Assembly (NCBI RefSeq): GCF_004010195.1
Contig: NC_057719.1
Location: forward strand, 43,330,679 to 43,391,498
Direction: 5' to 3'
Source of the DNA: Chiloscyllium plagiosum
Lineage: Eukaryota
Length of the DNA: 60,820 nucleotides
Positions 49,753 to 60,820 of this stretch are shown here, one piece after another (the stretch's first letter is position 1; every line of letters starts with the position of its first letter). The notes below the pieces were generated by a model. That model saw nothing but the letters and a program-made list of their open reading frames with translations, had not been told where the DNA came from and searched no databases. Made by a program: the position numbers and the translations under genes.

Positions 49753-50485
49753 GAAGACACATATTTGCACAGCTGCTCTAGACAGAAATGCATTACACAG
49801 GAAACACTCAAAAGCACATTGTACACTAGTATATGTAGGAAGAGCATATTAATCACACTTCATTCCAGGATATATATCTGTTTGCATGCTGCTCACTATC
49901 CTGGTTCTACTTTATTCTCCCAATTTGATTATGGCCTAATTTCTTAAATTTTATTCCCCTTTTCTGCACAAATATTTCAAGAGTGGGTAGATTCTGAAAA
50001 TTTATATGAATTTGTTGCGGATATTAAATTGTCCTTTTTGTCTAAACAAAGTGAGAAATAGTTTGCAAAGAGTTCAATTCCTTGGAAGTGGTATCCACAA
50101 CTTGACAAGCACAAACTCTTACAAGAAAATGTAAGTGAAATACATTTCACTTTTGCCCATTGTCATGTAACACAGGGTACCATCATGTACTCTGTGTACT
50201 ATAATTCCATGGGAAATGGGCAAAGTAAAACTTAAAAATGCTCAACAACTTTGAAAAGTAATTAAGTGACTTTTGATTGATAGTTTTTCTTACCTGGCCA
50301 TATATAATCAAATTGGCCTCCTTCTTCTAGGACCGCAATTTCCCCCCCGACGTGGTCGACGATGCCCTCCACCGCATCTCTTCCACTTCCCGCTCCTCTG
50401 CTCTTGAGCCCCGCCCCTCCAACCGCCACCAGGACAGAACCCCACTGGTCCTCACCTACCACCCCACCAATCTCCATGTACAGCA

Positions 50486-50799
50486 NNNNNNNNNNNNNNN
50501 NNNNNNNNNNNNNNNNNNNNNNNNNNNNNNNNNNNNNNNNNNNNNNNNNNNNNNNNNNNNNNNNNNNNNNNNNNNNNNNNNNNNNNNNNNNNNNNNNNNN
50601 NNNNNNNNNNNNNNNNNNNNNNNNNNNNNNNNNNNNNNNNNNNNNNNNNNNNNNNNNNNNNNNNNNNNNNNNNNNNNNNNNNNNNNNNNNNNNNNNNNNN
50701 NNNNNNNNNNNNNNNNNNNNNNNNNNNNNNNNNNNNNNNNNNNNNNNNNNNNNNNNNNNNNNNNNNNNNNNNNNNNNNNNNNNNNNNNNNNNNNNNNNN
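50486..50799. other. Assembly gap
   Basis: Run of N. Confidence 1.
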
Positions 50800-50808
50800 T
50801 CCTATACT

Positions 50809-50885
50809 TAACCCTAATCCTAACTCTGAACCTCATCCTAACCCTACCCTCATCCCAACCCTAACCTTAATCATAATCCTGACCT
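50809..50885 (+). repeat. Degenerate (TAACCC)n telomere-like hexamer tract
   Basis: taaccc taatcc taactc tgaacc tcatcc taaccc taccc tcatcc caaccc taacct taatca taatcc. Confidence 0.7.
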
Positions 50886-50994
50886 TAAAGCCTAGCCCAC
50901 CTTGACCTCTTTCCACCTATCGCATTTCCGACGCCCCTCCCCCACGTCCCTCCTCCCTACCTTTTATCTTAGCCTGCTGGACACACTTTCCTCA

Positions 50995-51028
50995 TTCCTG
51001 AAGAAGGGCTTATGCCCGAAACATCGAT
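50995..51028 (+). ncRNA. Hammerhead motif (family A), helix III palindrome mutated
   Basis: uuc CUGAAGA A GGGC uuau GCCC GAAA CAUC ga (ACGU to ACAU, CpG-type change). Confidence 0.55.
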
Positions 51029-51979
51029 TCTCCTGTTCCCTGGATGCTGCCTGACCTGCTGCGCTTTTCCAGCAACACATTTTCAGCATATATAATCAAA
51101 TCAGCATGATTAATTTGAGAGACAGGAAGGTCAATTTTCATAGCTGGAGCACTTTACCAGTTCCCAATTTTGATTATTTCAACAGGTAACTCAAACGTTA
51201 TTCATGGCTGGGCCTCATCCATATGTAGCAGACAAGCTGCCAGTGGTCAGTCCACAATTTAGTAGCACAATTTTGATGTCAATGGACGCAGGCTGAAAGA
51301 AGAACCTAAAAGGGAATCCTAAAACCTTCTGATACTAACTTGGATACGAAAAGTCCATAATTGTTTTTAATAAGATTTTCACCATCTATTTGAATTAGTA
51401 TTGGAGATTAAGATGCTCAAATCCAGTGGTCTGGTTTTAGGTGTCTAATAGAGTTGACTTTATTTGGTCTTATTTTTCTAAAATTGGATTGGGTGTGTGA
51501 AGGTTTTCCAGATTGGTTATGAGCTGTTTTTATAATTCCTTTTCTTGGTTGGGCTGCGTCAGAGCCAAGATATTGATTTTCTTCTTTTTAGATTTTGGTT
51601 CTTGCAATAATTAGATTTTGACTAAAACATTGACAATAATTCAAGAGGCCCTTTAATTGGATCTAGGTTGCCTCTGTGTGGTTTTCCAAGAGGGCAGTGT
51701 TCCAACAGCTCAAGGCAAATGACCAAAGACAAGTCTAGGACATAATCAAAGGATTGAAAGAGAAAGCTGAAGAAATCTAACAATATGCTGACTGTCATGA
51801 CATTCAAGGCTTTCTTGAAGCTGCCAGGGTCATTAATATATCAAGATCAAATGGATAAAATCCCTTTGACTTGCTGGATGGTATCTCTTTTCTTAAGGAC
51901 GACAGAACACCATCTGTACATGCTAAAATAAACATGTTCAACAATCCCTCAGCTGGGAATGCAGTGTCAGCTGATGCAT

Positions 51980-52432
51980 GAGTGCAGTTTTTGACCCCTT
52001 ACCTAAGGAAACATATACAGGCATTGGGTGCCTTCCAGAAAAGCTCACAGGTTGGTTCTGTGTATGGAGGGATGGTCGTATGAGGAGAGGTTGAGTACAT
52101 TGAGCCTAACCTCATTGGAATTTAGAAGAATGAGAGGAGAAGTTTTAAAACATATAAGACTCTTCGGGGGTTTGACAGGATGGATCCAGAGGGATTCTTT
52201 TGACTTTGTGGGAGAATCTAGAACCAAAGGGCATATTCTCAGAATAATGGGTTGCCCAATTTCGACAGAGATGAGGAGAAATTTTGTCTCTTAGAGGGTA
52301 GTGATTCTGTGCAATTATGTACTGCAAAAGACTGTTGAGCCTGGGTCATTAAGTGCATTCAAGTCAAAGATAGATAGATTTTTAATCAGTAAAAGGGGAA
52401 AAACAGGAAAGTGGAGTTAAGGCTTATCAGGT
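51980..52432 (+). mobile_element. CR1 3' fragment
   Basis: SYEERLSTLSLTSLEFRRMRGE. Confidence 0.85.
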
Positions 52433-53298
52433 CAGGTGAGTATTTTTCTCCATTCACAAATGCCCAAAAATCGCAGTTCCTTGATCTGACTTTTTGATCA
52501 ATATCAGCTTGCATAGCAATTGTCTCCATATCATCTCCGCTGCTTTATAAGTCCAATAGAATTTGGTAGCTAACTCACCAATGTCTGCTTGAAGGAATAT
52601 ATTTGGGACAAACACGGTGATTTGTTCCATCACATTTGATTCCTGAAACTGCCTGTTGAATACCTCTGTTAACCTCCTTGGGTGCGCTCAAAGGTGTTCT
52701 GGTTGGAACTTTTTGTTTGCCTTTGATTTTATTTCCAGTACATTCTTCAGACTCAGACTCCCATTTTTTAATTGGGAAGAGTACAGAACCAGTTTCAATT
52801 TAAATGCATTCACAGCACTGACCAAATGTGTTAAGTCTTCTTTTCCTGCAATTCACAGTCCAGCTTGTCCAGTTTTGATGTTATGCCTGTAAGGAACCAG
52901 AATCCAAACAACCATGCATTGTTTGACAACTCACTGCACACTTTGTTCCTCGATTTAAAAAAAGAGATGATTACAGGCATCAGATCTAAAAATCTTTAAG
53001 GACCTTCCCATGACTTAACCACCTCACATCAGCATGGAAGATTAGCTCAATGTTGATAGCACTGAGTTTGGCCAGTAAAGGTTTAAATAAGTGGCACTGA
53101 AGGGCTCTTGCTCAAATCAAATTTGCAATCTTTGAGTTGATTTGATTTGATTTATTATTGTCACATTTACCTAGGTACAGTGAAAAGTTCTGTTTTACAT
53201 GCAGTACAGGCAGATCATAACACACAAAGATCAAAGGGTAACTGAACAGAGCGAGGAATACAGGGTTACGGCTGCAAAGAAAGTGCACAAAAAGCAGC

Positions 53299-55785
53299 CA
53301 TGATTTGGAGGAGCCAGTGTTGGACTGGGGTGTACAAAGTTAAAAATCATACAACACCAGGTTACAGTCCAACAGGTTTATAGAACATAGAAAAGTACAG
53401 CACAGAACAGGCCCTTTGGCCCATGATGTTGTGCCGAGGATTAATCCTAGTGTAAAATAAAATAACTTAACCTACGCACTCCTCAATTCATTGCTATCCA
53501 TGTGCATGTCCAGCAGTCCCTTAAATGTCCCTAATGATTCTGCTTCCACTGCTATCGCTGGCGAACGTATTCCATGCATTCACAACTCTCTGCGTAAAGA
53601 ACCTATCTCTGACGTCTCCTCTATACCTTTCTCCTAATATCTTAAAACTGTGACCCCTCATGCCAGTCAACCCTGCCCTGAGGAAAGGTCTCTGACTATT
53701 GACTATATCCATGCCTCTCATTATTTTGTACACCTCGATCAGGTCACCTCTCTTCCTCCTCTCCAGAGAGAAAGGTCCGAGCTTAGCCAACTTCTCTTCA
53801 TAAGGCAAGCCCTCCAGTCCAGGCAACATCCTGGTAAACCTTCTTTGCACCACTCCAAAGCCTCTGTATCTTTCCTATAGTAGCGTGACCAGAACTGGAC
53901 ATAATATTCCAAGTGTGGTCTCACCAGGGACTTCTAGAGCTGTAGCAAAACGTCGCAGCTCTTAAACTTGATCCTCCTGTTAATGAAAGCCAAAACACAG
54001 TATGCTTTCGAAACAACCCTATCCACTTGTGTAGCAACTTTAAGGGATATATGTACTTGAACACCAAGATCCCTCTGTTCCTCCACACTGCAAAGAATCC
54101 TGTCTTTAATCTTATATTCAGCATTCAAGTTCGACCTTCCAAAATGCATCACTTCGCATTTATCCAGGTTGAACTCCATCTGCCATTTCTCAGCCCAGCT
54201 CTGCATCCTGTCTATGTTGCACTGCAGCCCTGCAATAGCCCTCAATACTACCAATGGCACCTCCACCTTTGTGACATCTGCAAATTTACTCACCCACCCT
54301 CAACCTCCTCATCCAAATCATTTATAAAAGCTACAAAGAGTAGAGGCCCAAGAACAGAACCCTGCAGGATCCCACTCGACACTGACCTCTAGGCAGAATA
54401 CTTTCCATCTATAACCACTCTCTGCCTTCTGTGAGCCAACCAATTCTGAATCCAGATAGCCAAATCTCCCTGTATCCCATACTTCCTGACTTTATGAATG
54501 AGGCTACCATGGGGAACCTTATCAAATGCCTTGCTGAAGTCCATATGCAACACATCCACTGCTTGACCTTCGTCAACCTGTCTTGTCACCTCCTCAAAAA
54601 GCTCAATACAATTTGTGAGGCATGACCTGCCCCTCACAAAGCCATGCTGACTGCCTATAATCACGCTATGCTTTTCCAAATAGTCATAAATCCTACCCTT
54701 CAGAATTCTTTCCAAAACTTTGCTGACCACAGACATAAGACTGACTGGTCTGTAATTGCCAGGGATTTCCCTATTACCCTTCTTGAAAAGAGGAACAACA
54801 TTCACCTCCTTCCAAACCTCCGGTACGACTCCCGTGGAGAGTGAGGAGGCAATGATCTTCGCCAGTGGCTTAGCAACCTCTTTTCTCACTTCCCGGAGCA
54901 GCCTAGGATAAATCTGCTCTGGTCCGGTGGGTTTATCAATTTTAATGTTTGCCAACATTTCCAGCACATCAACTTCACCTGTTCCTCAAAGTTTTCATTC
55001 ACAACAAGGTCCCTTTCCTTAGTGAAAACCGAAGCAAAAAACTCATTTAAGGCTTTCCCTATCTGCTCAGACTCCATGCACAAGTTCCCTCTGCTATCCC
55101 TGATCGGCCCTACCTTCTCCCTGATCATTCTCTTACACCCCACGTATGAGTAAAACGCCTTTGGGTTCTCCCTAATCTTTCTTGCCCAGCCTTTTTTGTG
55201 CCCCCTCCTGGATGTCCTCAATCCATTTCTGAGCTGCTTTCTAGCAAGCCTGTAATCTGCTAAAGCTGTGCTGGATCCTTGCTTCCTCCACCTAACGTAA
55301 GCTGCCTTCTTCCCTTTGACGAGAAGCTCCTCTGTTCTCATCATCCAAGATTCCTTAATCTTACCCTTTCTTGCCTGTCTCAGAGGAACAAATTCATGTA
55401 TCACATGGAACAACTGGTCCTTAAACAGTCTCCACATGTCTGCTGTGCCTTTTCTGGTTGCTCCCAGTCTGTGCTTCCCAAATCCTGTCTGATAGTGTCA
55501 TAACTTCCTTTTCCTCAATTAAATATTTTCCCTTGGTAACTGCTCCTTTCCCTCTCCAAGGCTATGATAAATGTGAGGCAGTTGTGATCAGCTGTCACCA
55601 AACTGTTCTCCCACATTCACATTTGGAAGCACTAGCTTTCGGAATGCTGCTCCTTCATGAGGTGGTGTGGAGTATAAGATCGTAGGACACTGAATTTATA
55701 GCAAAAGTTTACAGTGTGATGTAACTGAAATTATATACTGAAAAAGACCTGAATTGTTTGTTAAGTCTCTCATCTTTTAGAATGA
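53299..55785 (-). mobile_element. PLE family B terminus split by a CR1 (pieces 53299-53379 and 55621-55785)
   Basis: aacaggttt|atttggaagcactagc rejoins exactly as in 40534-40558; hammerhead at 55630-55664 has core mutated to CUCAUGA. Confidence 0.85.
53380..55620 (-). mobile_element. Young CR1 LINE, ~2.2 kb, near-complete RT region with frameshifts
   Basis: ORFs 55437-54886, 54967-54389 (PGNYRPVSLMSVVSK, QHGF, MDFSKAFDKVPH), 54293-53934 (KFADVTK), 53853-53521; (ttctatg) tail. Confidence 0.96.
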
Positions 55786-57949
55786 GGCGGGGGAAAAGCT
55801 GTTCTTGAACCAGTTGATATGTGTCTTTGAGCTTTTGTATCTTCTGCCTGACAAAAGAGGTAGAAAAGAATAAGCCTGGAGTGGGAGGGGTCTTTGATGA
55901 TGTTGGGTGCCTTTCCGAGGCAGCAAGAAGTGTAAATGGAGTCAATGGATGGAAGATTGGTTTGCACGATGGTCTGGGTTGTATTTACAACTCTCTATAG
56001 TTTCTTACGGTCCTGAGCAGAGCAGTTGCCGTACCAAGCTACGATGCATCCGGATAGAATGCTTTCCATGATGCATCTATAAAAGTTTGTGAGAGTCCTT
56101 ATGAACATGCCAAATTTTCTTAGCCTTCTGAGGAAGAAGAGGTATTGTTGTGCCTCCTTGACCATTGCATTAACGTGGATGGTCCGGGATAGAATTTTGG
56201 TGATCGTCACTCCTTGCACCTTGATGCTCTCGACCGTCTCCACCTCAGCTCCATTGATGTAGATAAGGCCATGCCCTCCTCCCTTGCTTCCTGAAGTTGA
56301 TGATCAGCTCTTTAATTTTGCTGATGTTGAGGGAGAGGCTGTTATCTTTACATCACATCATGAAGCATTCTATCTCTTTCCTGTATTCTGTCTTGTCATT
56401 GTCTGATATCCAGTCGACAGCAGTGGTGTCATCAGTGAACTTGTAGATAGGATTCAAACAAAATTTAGCCACAGAGTCACGAGTGTATAGGGAGTACAGC
56501 GTGAGGATTTTCATGGAGGAGATGCTGTCGTCTATCCTCATTGATTGTGGTCTATGGATTAGGAAGTTGAGGATCCAATTGCAGAAGGCGGAGCAGCAAC
56601 CGAAGTCTCCGAGTTTGGAAATTAGTTTGGTTGGGATTATACTATCGAAGGTGGAGCTATAGCTAGTAAGTAGAAGCCTGGCATAGGTATCCTTATTATC
56701 CAGATGTTCCAGGAATGTTTCAACAATTTACCAACCTACCAACAACTTTCATTACATGAAAAATGTCTATAACTTTACTCACTAACACTTGCTGGAGGAT
56801 TATACAGTGGTAATTGATACAAGGGAAAACAATCATTTCTGCAAAATGCAAAGGCCATATTTGCACCAAGCATGCTTGATGCACCATCAGTTGTGATAGA
56901 AATCACTTTTTTGATTGGAATGTTTTTCTTAAGCACATATCTTTTGAATTCATCATGAATATCCTCAACCCTAGTTTTGTCTTTAAGGAGAAGATCCTCA
57001 TTACTTATTTCCTTAAAATCATGTGCACAAAAACAATCAACTGGACAGTGTCAGAAATGTTGATGGGCTCATTTTTGTGAGGTCACTCTGTCACTGGTCA
57101 GTCCATGCACCAGATATCTTACATTAATCTAGTCCCATTTGCCAGCATTTGGCCCATATCTCACTAAATTCTTCTTAATCATATACCAATCATACAATAG
57201 GATGGGAGAATGAAAGTCATTTACTGGTTTGCCTCTCAGGCCAATGCCTTGGCTAACCTGCCTGGTTTAACATTTCAACAAAACCTGGCAGTTAAATATC
57301 AATTGTCATTAACTGATGCATTCTCTATGGCGATCCCACAATCAATCAGAGTTCATTTGCCAACCAATCAGCACTCTCTGCTCATACAATATAAATAGTG
57401 GTTTTCCCCTTAAATTGGTACTCTTGCAAAATGGTGTGATGAGTGAAAGGCAAAAATCTTCAACTAAAAGTAATATGTTACAACTGGATTCCAATTCCTG
57501 CGCGGTTTGAATTTCCATGAAGGACTTCTCTCAACCTCTTTGCTTAAGGCATGGTGACCCTCAAGTTAAACCACTACCAGCCGTCTCTCTTTAATGAGTC
57601 AATATGGTCAATAAAACTATGGCAATTTTACCTTCAACCTAGTATTACCCCAAATATTGTTTTGAATGAAAAAACTGAAATTCCAGTATTAGAAGTTTAA
57701 GGCTTAAAAGCACTTGCTTCACAAAGCAAAGCTCTGCAAGCTATTTTTATATAATGATCTAGACTGATGATAAATGAAAGCACAATTCTCCACTCACGAT
57801 GGTGCCCCTTTAAATAATTTGTAAAAATAAATCCTGTAATGATGTCTTTAAAGTTATTAAAAAAGTTAGACCCCAAATCTATAGTTAAGCAATAATCCAG
57901 AAAGGTGATTTTGTGAATGAGGCAATCCTCCAGGTTTTGGCATTGATTC

Positions 57950-58320
57950 GATCTTTTTTATATTCATGAATGTGGCACATTGTAAATGATACACATTGTT
58001 GCCACTGTGCATCAGTGGTGGAAGGAGTGAATGTTGACCATATTAGATGGGTTGTCAGTGCAAAGGGATGTGTTGCCTTGTGTACTGTTTTGAGCTCCTG
58101 AAGTGATGTTGGAGCAGCACCTATCCCAGCAAGTGAAGAATATTCTATCATATTCCTGCCTTGTTCCTTGTCGGTGGTGCATAGGCTTTAAGCAATCAGG
58201 GGTCAGCTATTTACCTTAGAATGCATAGGCTCTTGTAGTAACAGTATTCATACTGTCAGTCTAGGTCAGTTTCTAGTCAAAGGTCACCCCTAGGAAGTTG
58301 ATTGTTAGTAATTCACTGAA
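57950..58320 (-). mobile_element. LINE 3' fragment (family of 45360-46300)
   Basis: MIEYSSLAGIGAAPTSLQEL. Confidence 0.7.
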
Positions 58321-59629
58321 TTCCTCACTATTTCAATTTTAGGATTTGGTAGCATTAATAATGTTAATTAATGAATGTGCAGGTTTGTTGCTTTAAAAAA
58401 ATATAGTCTAAGGCAGCATTTTCGTTTTAGTTCAGTATTCACTTAATATGCAATCTCAAGGAATATTTTATACTAGTAACTAGGTTAATTTAGTTGATGA
58501 AAATGCTGCCATCTACAGGAAAGACTTTAACTGCAGTTAAACTGAACCTTAGATTTATCAGGAAGAATCTTATAGGGGACTGAATGACGTAGGTTGTTGT
58601 AAGATGCAAAATTGGATTAGAAATCAGAGAAGGCTGATCTCAATGTCAACATCATCTCATTCTATCTTTTATGCTTTTCACAGGTGGTGTGGCGAGATTC
58701 TTTCTAGGCTGCAGTGAGTTGCCAATTAAGGGGGACTAGTGCTTTTTAAATGACTTGTTTGAGACATTAAAAAACAGGTTAGATCAAAGGCAGTTTGGTC
58801 ATAGTAACAGCTACAGAATGGAAATTATTTCCCAAATACATAAACGTGCTTAGGTATACAGTATTTAAACTAAATCAATAAATATCAGTTATGGGGTGGA
58901 GGCAATTTTAAAATGATTTATCGTGCTCCCTGTATTATCCATTTCTGTCCCCTCACTTCTGTTCACATTCAAGCAGCCTTTTTTTTTTAAACAAACAGTC
59001 ATTCACAATAGGTGTTTAGCACTAAATTCCTTGACCAGACCCAAGCCATGAAACTACTGAAAGAGACAAAACGTGATTAAAAATAAATCACAATTTAATT
59101 AGATCTGGATTCTGAGCCCTACATTACTAACATTACTAGCATTAACAAGTAATGATTGACCCACAGATATCACTTTAGAAATAATGTGGATTTTCAAAGT
59201 CTTCTGTAACAGAACAAGAAATGTTTTTGTTTCAATTCTATAAGTGGGCTTAGAGTAAATGTCACTTACCTCTTGATAATCATGTGCTTCTACTCCAGCT
59301 CAACAATATTCTTAATACAGGTTTCATAAGGATGACTCAACCTGTTTCAACCTTCAAATTTCTGCCAAGAGTTAGTCAAAACAAGTTCCTAATGCAGGAG
59401 GTATTCATTTAATTGAACTTCTTACTTTGCCTGGTTTAAACTAGATTTGCAGTAGATTATTTATAGCTGCTCAAGGATGAATTTCTTTTTTAAAAATACA
59501 TTGAGAGGAGTTTTCATTGTAAGAAAATAATATAAATATTCAAATTTTATTTGTTTTAATTTGCTATGAACAAACAATGGGGCAGTCAGAAGTCCATTGT
59601 GCACAATTCCTCCACACCATAACTTCATA

Positions 59630-59942
59630 GGGAAGGTAATGGCCTTCTGTATTATTGGTGGACTGTTAATCTAGAAACCCAGATAATGTTCTGCAAAATG
59701 GTTTAAATGGTGGAATTTGAACTCATTAAATATCTGGAATTAAGAATCTAATGATGATTGTGAATCCATTGTTGATGTTTGGTGGAAAATCCATCTGGTT
59801 CATTCAGCCTCTTTAGGAAAGGAAACTGCAATCCTTACCTTGATCTTGTAGAATCTTAACTGCCCTCTGGGCTATTAGGGATGGGCAATAAATGATGACC
59901 TAGCCAGCGAAGTCCTCATCTCATGAATGAATAATAAAAAAA
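59630..59942 (+). mobile_element. SINE with LINE-derived tail
   Basis: ggtggaatttgaac...tctggaattaag...ccatctggttca...cttaactgccctctg...gggcaataaatg; tail shared with the LINE end at 32730-32770. Confidence 0.75.
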
Positions 59943-60024
59943 ACTAGTCTACTTCACCAATTTAATTTTGGAGTATGTATAAATATCCTCTGATCCCTAA
60001 CAGATAGTGAACAGAAAAGAATGT

Positions 60025-60310
60025 TGAACTTACAAAATATCTATATGGATCTCCCCAAAGTACTTCCCAGACAACAAAGTACTTTCAAAATGTAGCTACT
60101 TTTGTAATGTAATGCATTTAGCAAGATTCCATATACAACAGTAAATAATCTGAGAATCTACATTAAAGAAGACAATTGAAGAATTAAATGTTATTCATAA
60201 AATTAAATTCTCTCCAAAAAAATAGCCATGGCATATTTTACATCCATTCAGCATCTTATTCTAATATATTTTTAAAACATGACAATTTGGAAAGTATAGT
60301 ATTATCAGTG
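60025..60310 (-). mobile_element. Decayed SINE with L2-type tail (DeuSINE-like)
   Basis: aagtactttcaaaatgtagctacttttgtaatgt...gcaagattcca...tagccatggcatattttacatcca. Confidence 0.45.
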
Positions 60311-60320
60311 ATGTAGTGAT

Positions 60321-60555
60321 TGTAGCAAGGTCAACCAGGAGGTCTCATAAAGTATGAGTTCCCCGATTGGGGCTGCTAATCTGGTCCAGTCAGGAAGCCC
60401 TGGCTAACAGATATGGACAGGAGTGTCAGAGGTTTTGTTTAATCTGAGAGATGGCTCTGAAGAAGCTAGATCAGTCAAGGACTCTCCATATGTAAATAAA
60501 GAATGACTTGGTCACAGAATAACCGCCTCAGTGGAGTTATTTCAGTGGTGATGAG
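60321..60555 (+). mobile_element. Gypsy-like LTR (TG...CA, 60321-60544) followed by primer-binding-site-like tggtgatgag
   Basis: Begins tgtagc, AATAAA at ~60495, ends tttca, then g-tggtgatgag. Confidence 0.65.
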
Positions 60556-60739
60556 AATGAGATTAATGATGTAACCATGCACAAGTGCCTACTAGCTGAA
60601 GCCCAGCTAAATTTCAAACAGGCATAACTAACTTTATCATTCAAAAACGCAGCAAGTTGAACATATGAATTACAGGGTATTCCAATGGAAGTGGACACCC
60701 TCATCAGTCTGACTGAGTTTGGGGAACACCATTTGACTG

Positions 60740-60820
60740 AATTCTGGATTAGTGGTGCTGGAAGAGCACAGCAGTTCAGGCAGCATCTGAGGACAGGCAA
60801 AATCCGAGGACAGGCAAAAT
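60740..60820 (-). mobile_element. Start of another family-A-related PLE terminus (runs off window)
   Basis: gtgctggaagagcacagcagttcaggcagcatc matches the family-A arm; tandem copy of gaggacaggcaaaat. Confidence 0.65.

Larger units (their letters stand above)
50314..51086 (+). mobile_element. 5'-truncated Penelope-like element, family A, with RT-thumb/linker coding remnant (gap inside)
   Basis: ASFF*DRNFPPDVVDDALHRISSTSRSSAL...DRTPLVLTYHPTNL; family-A terminus; duplication catatataatcaaat at 50299-50313 and 51087-51101. Confidence 0.88.
53137..56717 (-). mobile_element. Rex1/Babar LINE (3' end 53137-53298, body 55786-56717)
   Basis: IYKFTDDTTAV, LTNFYRCIMESILSGCIVAWYGNC; (atcaa)n tail; homologous to 30170-31270. 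Confidence 0.88.
52435..57090 (-). mobile_element. hAT (Charlie/Buster, GTF2IRD2-like) transposase remnant in two pieces: ~57090-56720 and ~53135-52435
   Basis: NEPINISDTVQLIVFV, ISITTDGASSMLG, YHCII, HVMKVV | KIANLI*ARALQCHLFK, HADVRWLSHGKVL, FLTGITSKLDKLDCELQ, VSAVNAFKLKL. Confidence 0.85.

Noticed and set aside
59264..59390. Minus-strand exon ending in a perfect AG/gtaagt donor
   Set aside because: All three frames contain stops; at most a non-coding exon, which the sequence alone cannot support
1..60820. CRISPR array, rRNA or prokaryotic operon-like system
   Set aside because: No regularly spaced repeat-spacer array and no gene-dense region; the sequence is clearly vertebrate repeat-rich DNA

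Overview
Vertebrate, repeat-dominated intronic or intergenic DNA with three assembly gaps. The repeat set (HE1-type V-SINEs, abundant CR1 LINEs, Rex1/Babar, L2, Penelope-like elements) points to a cartilaginous fish, probably a shark; this is an inference. No host protein-coding exon could be identified with confidence, and nearly all listed ORFs are decayed transposon fragments or noise. Recognisable relics: many CR1 and L2 fragments, two Rex1/Babar LINEs, a Tx1/L1-type 3' end with TSD, an LTR-type integrase, a Gypsy-like LTR with PBS, a Charlie/Buster-type hAT transposase split by a nested insertion stack, and two Harbinger Myb/SANT gene remnants. The most striking signal is at least three families of Penelope-like element (PLE) termini carrying minimal hammerhead ribozyme motifs (CUGANGA-A-helix II-GAAA-palindrome-UH). 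Several are short fold-back insertions with a fixed arm/tail asymmetry and ~15-bp target-site duplications. A repeat-free island near 18.0-18.2 kb holds a candidate 36-nt microexon bracketed by an inverted repeat. All calls were made by eye, and boundaries of old repeats are approximate.
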